The translations under genes were made by a program, and so were the position numbers. A stretch of DNA of 64,000 bases from Macrostomum lignano (Eukaryota): assembly GCA_002269645.1 (NCBI GenBank), contig NIVC01001174.1, positions 62,001-126,000 of the forward strand, read 5' to 3'. Each line of letters opens with the position of its first letter. Positions within the stretch are counted from its first letter, which is position 1. Under the pieces are notes generated by a model. That model was not told where the DNA came from. It saw only the letters and a program-made list of their open reading frames with translations, and ran no database searches. This document shows, piece after piece, positions 47,699 through 59,300 of the stretch.

Positions 47699-50093
47699 CT
47701 ACATATAATAAAAAATTCCGGCTCTACCCTTCTGTACCTGTCTGTCTGTATGTACATTGCTATGGACTCCCAAACCAGAAGCTGTAGGCATGCGAATTGT
47801 AAATTTTGCCTGCATTTTCTGGCTCACTCATTTCCCTAAAGCAAGAGTCGTTTGCCAACGATATTAAATTTCCTGGAAATTCACTGTACATTAACAACTT
47901 TAATATACACGAATTTCTTGGAAACTGTTTTTAAATCAAATTAAATGATCATAGAAGACGAGACGAGATCATGGGCTTCTTTTTGTAGCGGATAAATTGA
48001 TTAAATCTACAAGCTAGCAGCCGATTCTTCCCTTAGCGGACTTTGCAGATTTGGTATATTTAGATAGATGGTTGATCTGATGCTTAATTTTGATGCGTCT
48101 AGCACTTTGATGAGACAGCTCTAAAGGGCCCGCGAGAAGCGGAGCGAAGACGCAGAAGCGAAGGGAGAGAGCGGCCGCTGACTGCAAGTGTATATTTAGA
48201 GTAAACAAGATAACACCACCCCTAATCCAAAACCCAGACAACCCCCCACGCGCAATGTACATGTACACATTAATGGATAATATATATCGTGCAAGAATAC
48301 CATAACGTCAGTACATGTACATAGATAGAACTACTTTACGAGAAATAATAACGATATGAATGAAATACAAAAAATAAAATAAATACATACGAGGCTACAA
48401 AAAACGAAACATTAAACAGTAATATAAGCGCGATAATAATACGTATAGAATATTGCTAAAATAAATTAAAGAACACAAGTAGTACGGCGTGCATGTGAGA
48501 TCAGGAAATGCGATACATATATGCTTCTACGAATTGCACTGTCACCAGGTGTATCACAATATAGCTCGTAATAAAAGAGTCTAAAAATATTCTCTCTCTC
48601 TTCTCTCTCTCTCTCTCTCTCTGGATAAAAATGAGTACACACAGTGTGGCGGCTTACATTCGTACAGTAAAGAAGCATAGCAAAAAACATTATTGGGGTA
48701 GAAAGTCGAGAAGTAGCTAAGGGAAGAGTGGCGGGTTTTTTACTTTATCGGCGCGTGAGCTGTCAAAAGTCTCTTCTTCTAAAGTCTCAGTCGTTAATGT
48801 GTCTCCTGCACCGATGTTCCCAGCGCTATTCTCGGAACAGTCACAAGAGCTCCAAAAAACACCCAGTTTTCCTATAAAAATCCAATACTTTTGTCCAGTT
48901 GAATTGTCCATTTACCATGGACTTGAAATGAACTTATTTTTTATCAACAAAATATCAAACTTTGCGAGCACCGGCCTAGTTTTTTCAACAATTTCCTGTA
49001 AATCCTTTTTTCATAAGCTGATGCTGTATATTTCATACAGAAAATACTAGACAGAGTAACAATTGCCCATGCGCTGTGCCACACTTCCCTGCGTTGCAAC
49101 CTACCCAGAGCAGTATTGAATCCCCCTGGGTCCTTTCCTTCGGTGCCAAATTATTGATTTGATTCTTCTCGATGTCCCCACATGCCCGGACTGAGTTGGA
49201 AGAGGGCTGTGAGAGCGGGAGCGGTCGACCCGCCTAGCTCGTAATCCCGCATCTCTCTGACATCCACAGCCTCAGCCCGCCTTTCTGTCCTCCCCGCCTC
49301 TATACCCTGGGACTCAAAAATAGCAACACTGGACTGGAAACTCCCCGCACGCATTAAACTTAGGGTAGCATTTTACGAGTATCCCTCAGAAGGTTTTTAC
49401 GAGAGTAATTGTAAACGCCAACAGCATACAAAAGCGGTTCGTTTGGAGACTTTGCTGCTACTGCGGATATCGTGCGAAGTTCCAACATATTCTTGAACTC
49501 TCCATGAAATGATCATAAAAATCATAAATCATAAACAAGCTAGCCATTGCTGCTTTCAAGTTCAGGGCGGCCTTCGCTGTCAGGGCCGCTTGAAGTCCCA
49601 ATTCTCTTGCGGGTTATATGGACCTCAGCGGCGATCAGACAGGAGACAAATGGGATCTCAAAATTTCAGCTGGAACTTATGAACAACTTTGGTGTTAAAA
49701 ATCAAATCAACCTGGACCAACTAGAAGTCTCTGAAGTCGAGTTTACTTGATATACGTATTTTTTTTACAATGGCTTACTTCACTTTGAGATCACACTCTA
49801 CTCATTCTCATGCTTATTTGTTCGAAATTATTTGCGCTCTTAACCATTTATGGTTTTATAATAACCCATAAATAACCAATGTAATAACCCATAACCCAGA
49901 AAGTCCCATATTATAGCAGTAAATATGACCCCAAACTGCAGCTAGACTGCTCTCAAACTGCTGTCCCACTTCCGCATGTACCTAAGGAATTTGCATGTAG
50001 TTGACCCTGATTCACTGACGTCATTTCGACAGTCAGATTCCATCAACCTATTTATTGCATTTTGATCACACTGCGGTGACACTGCTGTCTCAC

Positions 50094-50282
50094 TGTAACG
50101 CGAGGTATTTGGCAGTGTAGAAAACTCAACGAAGGCCCCGTGGGGCAGTGATGGCTATTTTATGCGAGTCAATGATGTACATACTGAGAGCGAACGTACA
50201 TTACAATTATTCAGCAAAATATTTGTCAATACGATATCAGTTCAAGAATTCTGCCAATAAGGCGAGGAATAAAACAATTAAA
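50094..50282 (-). repeat. 3' LTR of the Gypsy element
   Basis: Matches 53258-53447 with ~8 substitutions and 1 indel by my count; PPT ggggaggagaaa (50283-50294) is adjacent. Confidence 0.93.
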
Positions 50283-50517
50283 TTTCTCCTCCCCGAAACA
50301 AGTTTAAAAAACGGAGGAAATTAAAACACGTCAGCAATGAATCCTAAAATTGAAACGCAGAACCTTTTAAAAAGCATGCATTCATGGTCTCTGACAGCCC
50401 ATCAGTGCTCACACCAAAGAAGTCCGGAGGCCGTCGCTCCCGCTCCGGGTACCGCCGCTCGGCCTGGCTGGGCTCCGGCGCAAACTGGTAGGTCACCGGC
50501 TGCTGGCGGAGCTGGTC

Positions 50518-51740
50518 CTAGTCGGGCTGGGCTGCGAACCGCCTGCGCAGCCGGTTCACGTGCACCCAGCGGACCGGCCGGCTGCCGAAAGCACGGCGGA
50601 TGCACACCGAGTGGCCGCGCTGCTCAAGCACCGTCCAGTCCGGCTCCCAGTAGGGCACCAGCTTCGAGCGCCGCATCTCGATGCTGAGCAGCACCTCGGC
50701 GCCTTGCGGGAACTGCGGCAGGTCAGACGCCTTCTTGTCGTGAGCCGCTTTCTGCTGCTGCCCGGCGGCTACCAGGTTCTCCTCGACGAACTCGCGGATC
50801 CGGGCCAGCCGCCGCTCCAGCTGTGCCGAGTAGGTGCCGATGTCGAACTGCCGCTCGCTGCTCTGAAACTGCGGCGGGAGCTGCGGGTCGCGGCCGGTCA
50901 TCACCGTCAGCGGCGCCACCTTGGTTGAGCTGTGGACCTTGGAGTTGTAGGACAGGACCACCAGCGGCAGCTGCTCCTCCCAGCTGGACTCGGTCTCGGC
51001 GAACAGCCGCAGCAGCTGCAGCAGCGACTTGTTGCCGCGCTCCACCAGTCCATTTCCCTGCGGATGGTACGGCATGGTGCGCGTCTTCTTGATGCCCAGT
51101 GCTCGCAGCGTCTCCTGGAACAGCTCGCTCTCGAATTTCGCGCCCTGGTCCGAGTGGATGACGGACGGGACTCCGAGCAGGGAGAAGACATTCGCTGCAG
51201 CGTCCACAATGGTCTTGGCGGTCTGATCTGGCATCGGCACAACCGTCAGGAACTTGGAGAACTGGTCCTGCATCACCAGCAGGTAGCTGTTGCCTCGGTC
51301 TGATGTCGGCACCTTCAGCACGTCGATCGCCACCGTCTGCCAGGGCTTGCCGATCGGCATCTCACCGAGTGGGGCTGCGGGCCGGTGCTGCGCCTTTTTC
51401 AGCTGGCAGGTCTGGCACTCTTGGCAGAAACTCACCGCGTCGCTCTGCAGCCCAGGCCAGTACGCGGTCTGCTTCAGCGTGTCGGCCATTTTCTCCGGTC
51501 CGAAGTGGCCGCCGATGCCCTCGTGAAAGTCAGTGAGGAACTGGAGCCACAGCGACTCCGGAATCATGGGCACCTCCCTCGGTCCCGCAGCGTCGTTGAA
51601 GGCGCGACAGAGAAGGCCATCTTGAATCCGCAACTTCCGCCAGTTGCGGCTGAGGTGTCGCAGTCCGCTGTCCGACCATCTTGGCGGAGTCGTGCTGTCG
51701 TTCTCCAGTGCATCGATGACCAGCTTGAGCTTCGGATCAG
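50518..51740 (-). CDS. Gypsy integrase (linker + HHCC finger + DDE core)
   Basis: FHEGIGGHFG..CQECQTC, VAIDV, HSDQGAKFES, GLVERGN; the frame extends upstream of the listed ORF to EQADPKL. Confidence 0.9.
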
Positions 51741-51808
51741 CTTGTTCACCTCGGGCTCCCAGTGCACCGGCAGCTTCCTTGGCGAGGTCCGCACCGGGAC
51801 ATCGTCGA

Positions 51809-52432
51809 TCAGGGGATGCTGTGCTCGTTGCGATCTGTCCGCCCCGGCCGCCTTGAGAAGATTTCGCTGAACTCGTGCACCAGGGCTCGGATGTCTGGGT
51901 CCTTTACCACAGGAAGGTCGACCTCTTCTTTGCTGAAATCCGGCACCAGCTTCTCTTCGAGGTCCTCCAGCTGGCTGTCAGCGTTAAGGTGGCTCACGCC
52001 GTCTATCGCGCACGAGCTCCTTGGTGGTGCCTCTGTGTGGTCGCTGAAGTCCAGGCAAATTTTGCTAGCCTTGATGAAGTCCAGCCCGATGATGACGGCG
52101 GCTACCAGGCCTTCCGACACGTAGAATGGATGCCGCCGCTCGATGCCGCCGAGCGACACCGCCAGGCTGGCCACCTGCCGCACCGGCACCGCCTGCTGGT
52201 TGACTGCCCGCAGCTCCAGGTGCACGCTCTCCAGCTGAACTGGCTGTATCCTCTGCAGGACCCGCTTGTCCACGATTGACACCTGGCTGCCAGAGTCGAT
52301 TAGCGCCGTGACGTCCGCACCTCCGATCCTGCACTGCAGCTTGGATGTCGACGGATTCGGCCTGATGACGACAGCTGCTGCGCTGCTGCTGGCTGCACCG
52401 CCCCCCTCTGCGCCCCGGAACAACCCACTCAC
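51809..52432 (-). CDS. Gypsy aspartic protease (pol 5' part, -1 frame to gag)
   Basis: ALIDSGSQVS, VIIGLDFI; A GGA AAC slippery-like site at the gag end. Confidence 0.9.
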   Translation of the reverse strand: MSGLFRGAEGGGAASSSAAAVVIRPNPSTSKLQCRIGGADVTALIDSGSQVSIVDKRVLQRIQPVQLESVHLELRAVNQQAVPVRQVASLAVSLGGIERRHPFYVSEGLVAAVIIGLDFIKASKICLDFSDHTEAPPRSSCAIDGVSHLNADSQLEDLEEKLVPDFSKEEVDLPVVKDPDIRALVHEFSEIFSRRPGRTDRNEHSIP

Positions 52433-52446
52433 GCTGGGGCCCGTGC

Positions 52447-53238
52447 TCAGAACTGGGCAGGGGTGCGGGCTCTGCCCCGGCCTGTGCCGTTTCCTGACGG
52501 CTGCTTGTAGTTCCTGGCGATGTGGCCGCGGCGATTGCAGTTCCAGCAGGTCACCTCACGCCGTCTCCTTGCACTGCGAACCGCGCAGGAGTCCGAGGCC
52601 TCCGAGCCCAGCTTCGCCGCCAGATCTTGGACCGTCGACTGCAGCGAGCTGACCGTAGCCCTCAGATCTGCCGTCTCGGCGCTGCCGCAAGCAGTTCCGG
52701 CTGCGGCCGCAAGAGGCTGCCGGCTTCCATCCGTGGTGGCAGAATGCAGCTCCAGCAGCAGTTGTGCCCGCGCAAGAGCGTCACTCGCCGTCTTGACTGT
52801 CACGTCGGCTCTGATCTGCCTGCTGACATCCGCCGGCAGTCCGCGGATTAAGTGATGGGTCAGCATGGTGTCCGCGGCATCCTTGTTGCTGATGCCAGCG
52901 TCCTTGAGCAGCTGCTTCAGGTGGTATAGGAACAGCCGAGGAGGTTCACCAGGAAGCAGCTTCCGGCTCTCGAATGCCTCCAGCGCTGAGAAGTGCTGGC
53001 TGTCTGGGTGGAAAGCCTCGGTTAATGCTTTGGTCACCTGACTGTAGTCGCTCTTGCCCTTGTCGCCGAGCTCAAGGAAGACCGCCAGAGCCTCGCCATC
53101 CAGAAACGTTGGCAGATGCAAGTGCTTGTCGTTCGTCCACTTGTTGGCTGCCGCACACAGCTCAAACCGCTGCAGCCATTCACTAAAGTTGCCAGAGCTA
53201 AAAGTTCCCGGAATTGCGCGGTGGCTGCCCTCTGCCAT
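52447..53238 (-). CDS. Gypsy gag
   Basis: FSEWLQRFELCAAANKW; zinc knuckle CWNCNRRGHIARNY (last Cys replaced by Tyr); ATG at 53238. Confidence 0.9.
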   Translation of the reverse strand: MAEGSHRAIPGTFSSGNFSEWLQRFELCAAANKWTNDKHLHLPTFLDGEALAVFLELGDKGKSDYSQVTKALTEAFHPDSQHFSALEAFESRKLLPGEPPRLFLYHLKQLLKDAGISNKDAADTMLTHHLIRGLPADVSRQIRADVTVKTASDALARAQLLLELHSATTDGSRQPLAAAAGTACGSAETADLRATVSSLQSTVQDLAAKLGSEASDSCAVRSARRRREVTCWNCNRRGHIARNYKQPSGNGTGRGRARTPAQF

Positions 53239-53244
53239 TCTGAG

Positions 53245-53255
53245 CTCTGCTACCA
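53245..53255 (-). promoter_or_regulatory. Primer-binding site (initiator tRNA-Met type)
   Basis: TGGTAGCAGAG, 2 nt inside the 5' LTR, complementary to the 3' end of animal tRNA-iMet. Confidence 0.85.
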
Positions 53256-53257
53256 CT

Positions 53258-53447
53258 TGTAACGCGCGGTATTTGGCAGTGTAGAAAAATCAACGAAGGT
53301 CCCGTGGGGCAGTGATGGCTATATTTATGCGAGTCAACGATGTACATACTGAGAGCGAACGTGCATTACAATTATTTAGCAAAATATTTGTCAATACGAT
53401 ATCAGTTCAAGAATTCTGCCAATAAGGCGAGGAATAAAACCATTACA
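53258..53447 (-). repeat. 5' LTR of the Gypsy element
   Basis: tgtaa...ttaca termini; direct repeat of 50094-50282. Confidence 0.95.
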
Positions 53448-53448
53448 T

Positions 53449-54201
53449 TACTGCGGTGACACTGCTGTCTCACTGCGGTAACAATGCTGTCTCACTGCGG
53501 TAACAATGCTGTCTCACTGCGGTAACAATGCTGTCTCACTGCGGTAACAATGCTGTCTCACTGCGGTAACAATGCTGTCTCACTGCGGTAACAATGCTGT
53601 CTCACTGCGGTAACAATGCTGTCTCACTGCGGTAACAATGCTGTCTCACTGCGGTAACAATGCTGTCTCACTGCGGTAACAATGCTGTCTCACTGCGGTA
53701 ACAATGCTGTCTCACTGCGGTAACAATGCTGTCTCACTGCGGTAACAATGCTGTCTCACTGCGGTAACAATGCTGTCTCACTGCGGTAACAATGCTGTCT
53801 CACTGCGGTAACAATGCTGTCTCACTGCGGTAACAATGCTGTCTCACTGCGGTAACAATGCTGTCTCACTGCGGTAACAATGCTGTCTCACTGCGGTAAC
53901 AATGCTGTCTCACTGCGGTAACAATGCTGTCTCACTGCGGTAACAATGCTGTCTCACTGCGGTAACAATGCTGTCTCACTGCGGTAACAATGCTGTCTCA
54001 CTGCGGTAACAATGCTGTCTCACTGCGGTAACAATGCTGTCTCACTGCGGTAACAATGCTGTCTCACTGCGGTAACAATGCTGTCTCACTGCGGTAACAA
54101 TGCTGTCTCACTGCGGTAACAATGCTGTCTCACTGCGGTAACAATGCTGTCTCACTGCGGTAACAATGCTGTCTCACTGCGGTAACAATGCTGTCTCACT
54201 G
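53449..54201. repeat. 22-bp homogeneous tandem array (~34 units)
   Basis: (ctgtctcactgcggtaacaatg)n, essentially identical units; one variant unit lies on the far side of the LTR element (50072-50093). Confidence 0.97.
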
Positions 54202-54812
54202 TTTGTACCGTTGAGCAATCATTGTTGCGAATAAGAAATGGAGACTACGTAATATAATATACAAACAATAAGAAACATTTAGACAAAATGACGAAAAAAT
54301 CGCTTAAAACCGACGGTTGACCAAGAGTTAAGGCTTGTGACGCTTCAAAAAAAACACACTGAATCGATTTTATTGAAAGTTTATTAGTGCAACATGGTAG
54401 AGGAATATTTGCGTAAATATAGCCATTGTGCTGAAGCACAAGAAAAAAACTGGATAAAAACTTTATTGGATAAATATAGTTCACACTGGACAGAGAAATT
54501 AGCGGCTAATGACGTGTTAGAGAGCCAACCGCTGAAGCCATGACAGCACAGAATGATAAGCAGAGCGGGGTGAATTAGTACTGAAACCATAAGCTTACCT
54601 ACAAACAGTCCTTTTACGAAGTAATAAAACTTTGACAACCTTGGAATTATAAATTCAAAATTAAAACATAAACAGCATACCACTCGAATTTGCAGTACAC
54701 ACACAGTAGCAGTTATTACAAACAAAAGGTTTTCACTTTTACTACAATATTTTAGTAACGATTTCAAACTTTATCTTTAAATATTTTCAAAAGGTCATTC
54801 TATGAACTCGGT

Positions 54813-56026
54813 GGTGAGCAATAAATGGGTGAATTAAAGATATAGTAGAAAAAACTACTCATGCCAGACTCGACTGCTGTCACTGTTCGGTCAATTGGTT
54901 GTTGGCCGTCCCAAACTTATTTTAAACCTCAAAATACTGCAGTCTGAGAGAACTACCCAATTAGGAATTAGTTCCGGAAAGCATAAATGCTATTATTAGT
55001 AATAGCTAATATAGTTTATAACCTATTAACTAATGACTAAGCGTAGGGTCTTGAATATTTTAGGTCTTTTGAATATAGCTTTTTGCAGCCCATTTGGGCT
55101 TACGCGCATCGAATTTAATCCAAGATATGTTTGTCAAAGTAATGGAGCTTTTGTCTATGGTAGCAAGGCCGGCACAGCGGCATTTAATTTAGTCCAACAA
55201 GCATCAAGTTGGTCCATTCAGTTCATTTGCAGCTCAGTCCCAGAATTGTGGACCATATGCTAGGCTATTGAACGAATGTCATTGGCTTGTGATCGAAGCA
55301 CTCGACTGAGGTGAACACCCAAAGGACATTGCAAGGTTGCTGATTGTAAAAGAAAATGTGGTTTACAGCATCCAGCAGCGCCTTGAAACTCTGCCGGCAG
55401 AGATTGCCTGCGAAAGGGTGGCCATCGCCAAGGAAAGTTGCTCGAGAGCCTCAGGTCCAACTGCTACTCGATGCAGTGGAGACGAACCTTTTGTTGACGT
55501 TTCAGAAAATGCAGCAGAAGTTGAGGGAACAGCTCCAGTTGGTTATCAGATTTCGACTATCAGCAGAGCTCTGGAAAAGCAACTGAAAATTTTTGTTAGA
55601 GACGCTGACATTCCAGCGGTGCGCAACAACCTGTAGACGGTTGAGAGAAGGCAAGAGTTTGTCCAATGGCTCACGAGTGTTTGGACCAAATGGATGCTTG
55701 TTGGACCAAATCAATGCCGCTGCGCCAGCCCCGCTACCATAGACAAAAACTCCGTTACATTGGCAAATGTATCTTGGATTAAATTAAATGCGCGTAAGCC
55801 CAAATGGGCTGCAAAATGCCATATTATGTGTAACAGTAGTCGCTTGAGTGAAGAGCATAGCATAAGAAATCACTAGAGATTAGAAACAAGTATCCGCATG
55901 TATATACAAACAGACAGTAGATAACTGAACGGACAACTGACAGGCACATTTTCAATGACAGGCACCTCACTCCACACGTATCAATAGCTTTCCTGCTTAG
56001 TTGCGTCCAAAAACTCATTGCTCACC
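54813..56026 (+). mobile_element. Possible decayed Tc1/mariner-like element
   Basis: 10-bp inverted match ggtgagcaat/attgctcacc, and a stop-interrupted HTH-like stretch VIEALD*GEHPKDIARLLIVKENVVYSIQQR at ~55280-55390. No DDE domain seen. Confidence 0.3.
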
Positions 56027-56306
56027 CCTCGCAGTTGGTGTATCAGATAGGGATGAATAAACAGAGATGTCTCTAAACACTAATTTTTCTTTTAAACGGT
56101 TGTAACAACCTGTGATTTTAACTAGACATGTCTCCTCTGCAGCTGTTCACTGTCTTAAACTCTGTTGAATCGCAAGTGCTCCTTCGAATCCAACAAGAAA
56201 CGCATGAAAACAAAAAGCAAAAAAGATTTTCACTACTGCATCGCGCTACACGCGCAAACCAGTTGTCTGCAGAAAAACAAAGCCAACTCCAAGTCACTCA
56301 CTCGAG

Positions 56307-59300
56307 TCACTCGGAAAACTCGGACGAGACGCACCGTTCGACGCCTTTCGCTCCCTGCAGAGCCCGCGCCGCCTGCTCCGCTCCGAAGACCTCCGACGGA
56401 ACCCGCGGTCGGCTGCGGTCGCTCGGGTAGCGACAGTCGTCCACCATGGCGCCCGCCAGGTCGGCAACGTGACCGGCCAGGCTGCTCTGCAGGTCGCTGC
56501 TCGAGACGCAGCTCAGATGCTGGCTCAGCTGGTGGCTGCGCTCGATGGGCTGACCCTGTCTCAGCAGCAATGCCTTCAGCGCCTTCTCAGTAGCCTGCCA
56601 GCTGATGTAGCAGGCCCAGTTGTACTCTCCGGCCTCAGCCAATCGGGATGCCGAGCGCAGGTCGTGCCGCGCCGTCTTCAAGTACCTCGTCGCATCTTCA
56701 CGCGACGGTCTGGAGAAGTTCGCGCCACCTGAACTGCAGAAAAAGCTGGCAGAACCGCCGCCTCTCGAACTGCCAGACCGGCCAGGGTAGCGGAAAGCGC
56801 AGCCACCGCCGCCGCCGCCACCGCTCCAGCCTCCTCTTGATCGCATGGTGACGACAACTTCCTCTGCGATGCGAATCTGCCGGTACCTGGTAACCCGAGT
56901 TGTCTGCTCGCGCCATCCACCAATGCACTGATCGAACTGTCGGGTCCATACATGATTAGCAGCGCGAGTTCGCACCTGGTTGAATGACTCATCCGAGTTC
57001 GAGTAGTGAGCCAGTATGCGCTGAAAAATCTGATGCTGCTGCTTTGTCGGCAGGGAAGCTGCGCTGCTCAGCAGATGATCCACCGTTGTTGCAACGTCCT
57101 CACCATTATTTTGGTTAGCTTGGGCGAAAGACCGCTCTTCAAAGGAGAAAAGCGCAGACATTGAAACTCTTAGTTTTGAGCCTCCACCGAATTCAATAGT
57201 AAACTCGCTAGTCCACGGGTTATCGCTGCCACCAGGGTGTCTTTCCACTACCCGAGCGTAAACAAGTCTTCCATCGCCATTTCTGTAAGCCACAATTCGG
57301 TTCACAATGTCCCTTGGTCTATCCGGCAGTTGCTTCAGTATACACTGCTCAAACTCCGGTACAGGTTCACCGAGCATTGAGTCATCGGTTGCGCTTGGCT
57401 CTGCAAAATGCTGCTCACTGGTCTGGTGCAGTGCAATTCCTAGTCCGTGCAGAACGGCTAGCATGCTGTCTGGACTGTCCATAAGAAGCACCTGAATTAA
57501 ACAACTTTTCTGCTCTGGCAAAATGTTGACACCGTTATTCAAAACCTGCATTATAATTTTGATAAATTCCATCTGCCACAGCTGCCTTCGGTCACCGCTC
57601 ATCTCGTCCGGAATCGTAGAGTGATTCATGAGAATCCGCTGCCCATCCAGAAAGAAGTTCTTGTCCTGCCCCGAGTCCTGATGCTCGACACCATCCAGAA
57701 GCAGGCACGTACGCAACTCGGAAAGACACACAACCGAGAAGCGAGATATCAGAGATTTCACTGCAGCCAGTCGCTCGTCTCCTTTGCCAGAAAGATCCTT
57801 GTTGCCATGCAGCATGATGCTTACGATGCACAGGTGCAGCACTGGGTGGCTCAACTTAGCTTGCAGACCGAGTAGGGACTCACAGCGCTCACCATCGCTG
57901 CACAACTTATTGGTGTCTGAAAGCAGCCTCTCGCTTACGTTGTCGCTCAGTTTCTTCAGGCCCATGTCGGCTGCGAGATGAAAGTACAGCCTCTGAAGCT
58001 TGTCAGTGCCCAGCTTGCAGAAGCTCAGATCAAGGAACTCTACATCCTGTGCGTCCACCAATCGATTGTTGTGCACCTCTGAGTCGTTGATGGTCAGACA
58101 CCTGCAGTCTACCAGTTCGAAAGCGGCTTCCGTGCTGCTGTCTTGATGCTGACTTCTTTTAGGCAGGAAGAGCACTCTGTCGGACTGGAACTGGAGCCTG
58201 CCGCCCCGCTCCAGCAGCACTATGATACTCGATAGACAGTGCGAAACTGAGTTCAGCTGCTCTGCACGAAGCGAGCCTTGCTGCTCATTCCGAATCAGTT
58301 CCAATGCAAGTCGAAGTTGCTCGATTGTGGCAGACTTTGTAGCTCCCAGTTTTGCAAACAGCTTGCGGAACTGTGAAAATTCTTGAGGACACTCGTAGAT
58401 GTAAGGCAGAATAGCAGAGTTTTTATCGTGAGTAATTCTGCTAGCTGATATAAAAAATGATTTACATGTATAGCCTTCGGTTTTGATTAGCACACACGGA
58501 ATATCTTTCAGAAATTTAATTGACTGAAATGCCGTAAAAAGCATAATGGTACTCAGCCTTGAGTACACGGAATTCATGACATGACTTCTCAGTGCTGCAA
58601 CTTCGCTTCGAAGATCAGCTGACGTGAAGGTCGCTGCAGAGAAAAGGTTGACAACGTGGCGCAGAAAAATGGCATCAGAAACTGGCATCGCTGAGCTTGC
58701 AAAGCAGATGCCCTGGCCAACACAGCTCGGTCCGTAGGGCACGGCCGTCCAGCAGAGGAAGCGAGCCTCGAACAGGGCGCACTGGGACAGACTCGCCATT
58801 CGAAGTCGTTCGCTCTGACAAAGCCTCTGAAGAGCGCCGTCACTGTTGGCTACAATAAATTGAATTCCTGCCAGTTGTCGGACTACATGTTCGGTTATCT
58901 CTTTGCGGAATTTATAGCTGTCGATAAACTTGATCAGAGCTTCCGATTTCTTAGATAATTCATCTGTGATACCACTGGCTCCTTCTGTTTGCAGCTCACT
59001 GGCGAAGCTGATGGCAATTGCGGCCGTGCATTCCAAGATTAGACCGGAAAATTTCATCAGCGTTCTCCATCGCTCTTCATTGTACGGCGTTGGCAAGAAA
59101 AATTGTGGCTGAAGTAGCTTCTGAAAAATGTTTACTCTGCTATCATAAAACGTGTTGACGCTCCGCCATTGTCCGTCAAACGGAATGAGTTTGGCTGTGC
59201 TGAGAGACTGACTGAGCATTTGAAACTTGTCAGGGTCCTCCACTTGAACTCTTTCGAACTTCCAGCTCAGCTTTAGAAGTTTTTCGAGATGCTTTTTTCG

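Larger units (their letters stand above)
50094..53447 (-). mobile_element. Gypsy/Ty3 LTR retrotransposon, internally deleted (gag-PR-deltaRT/RH-IN), 3354 bp
   Basis: Two ~190-bp LTRs, PBS, PPT, gag, protease and integrase ORFs; 4-bp flanks tcac/ttac (TSD with one mismatch). Confidence 0.95.

Noticed and set aside
1-54201. Regular short-repeat arrays (1-512, 6580-8032, 26618-27264, 29305-29620, 53449-54201) as CRISPR arrays
   Set aside because: Units are contiguous with no unique spacers, there are no cas genes, and the context is eukaryotic.
6580-54201. Common origin of the 22-bp units at 6580-8032 and 53449-54201 (both contain tcacc/ttacc..agacag on one strand)
   Set aside because: Similarity is limited to two short words with different spacing.
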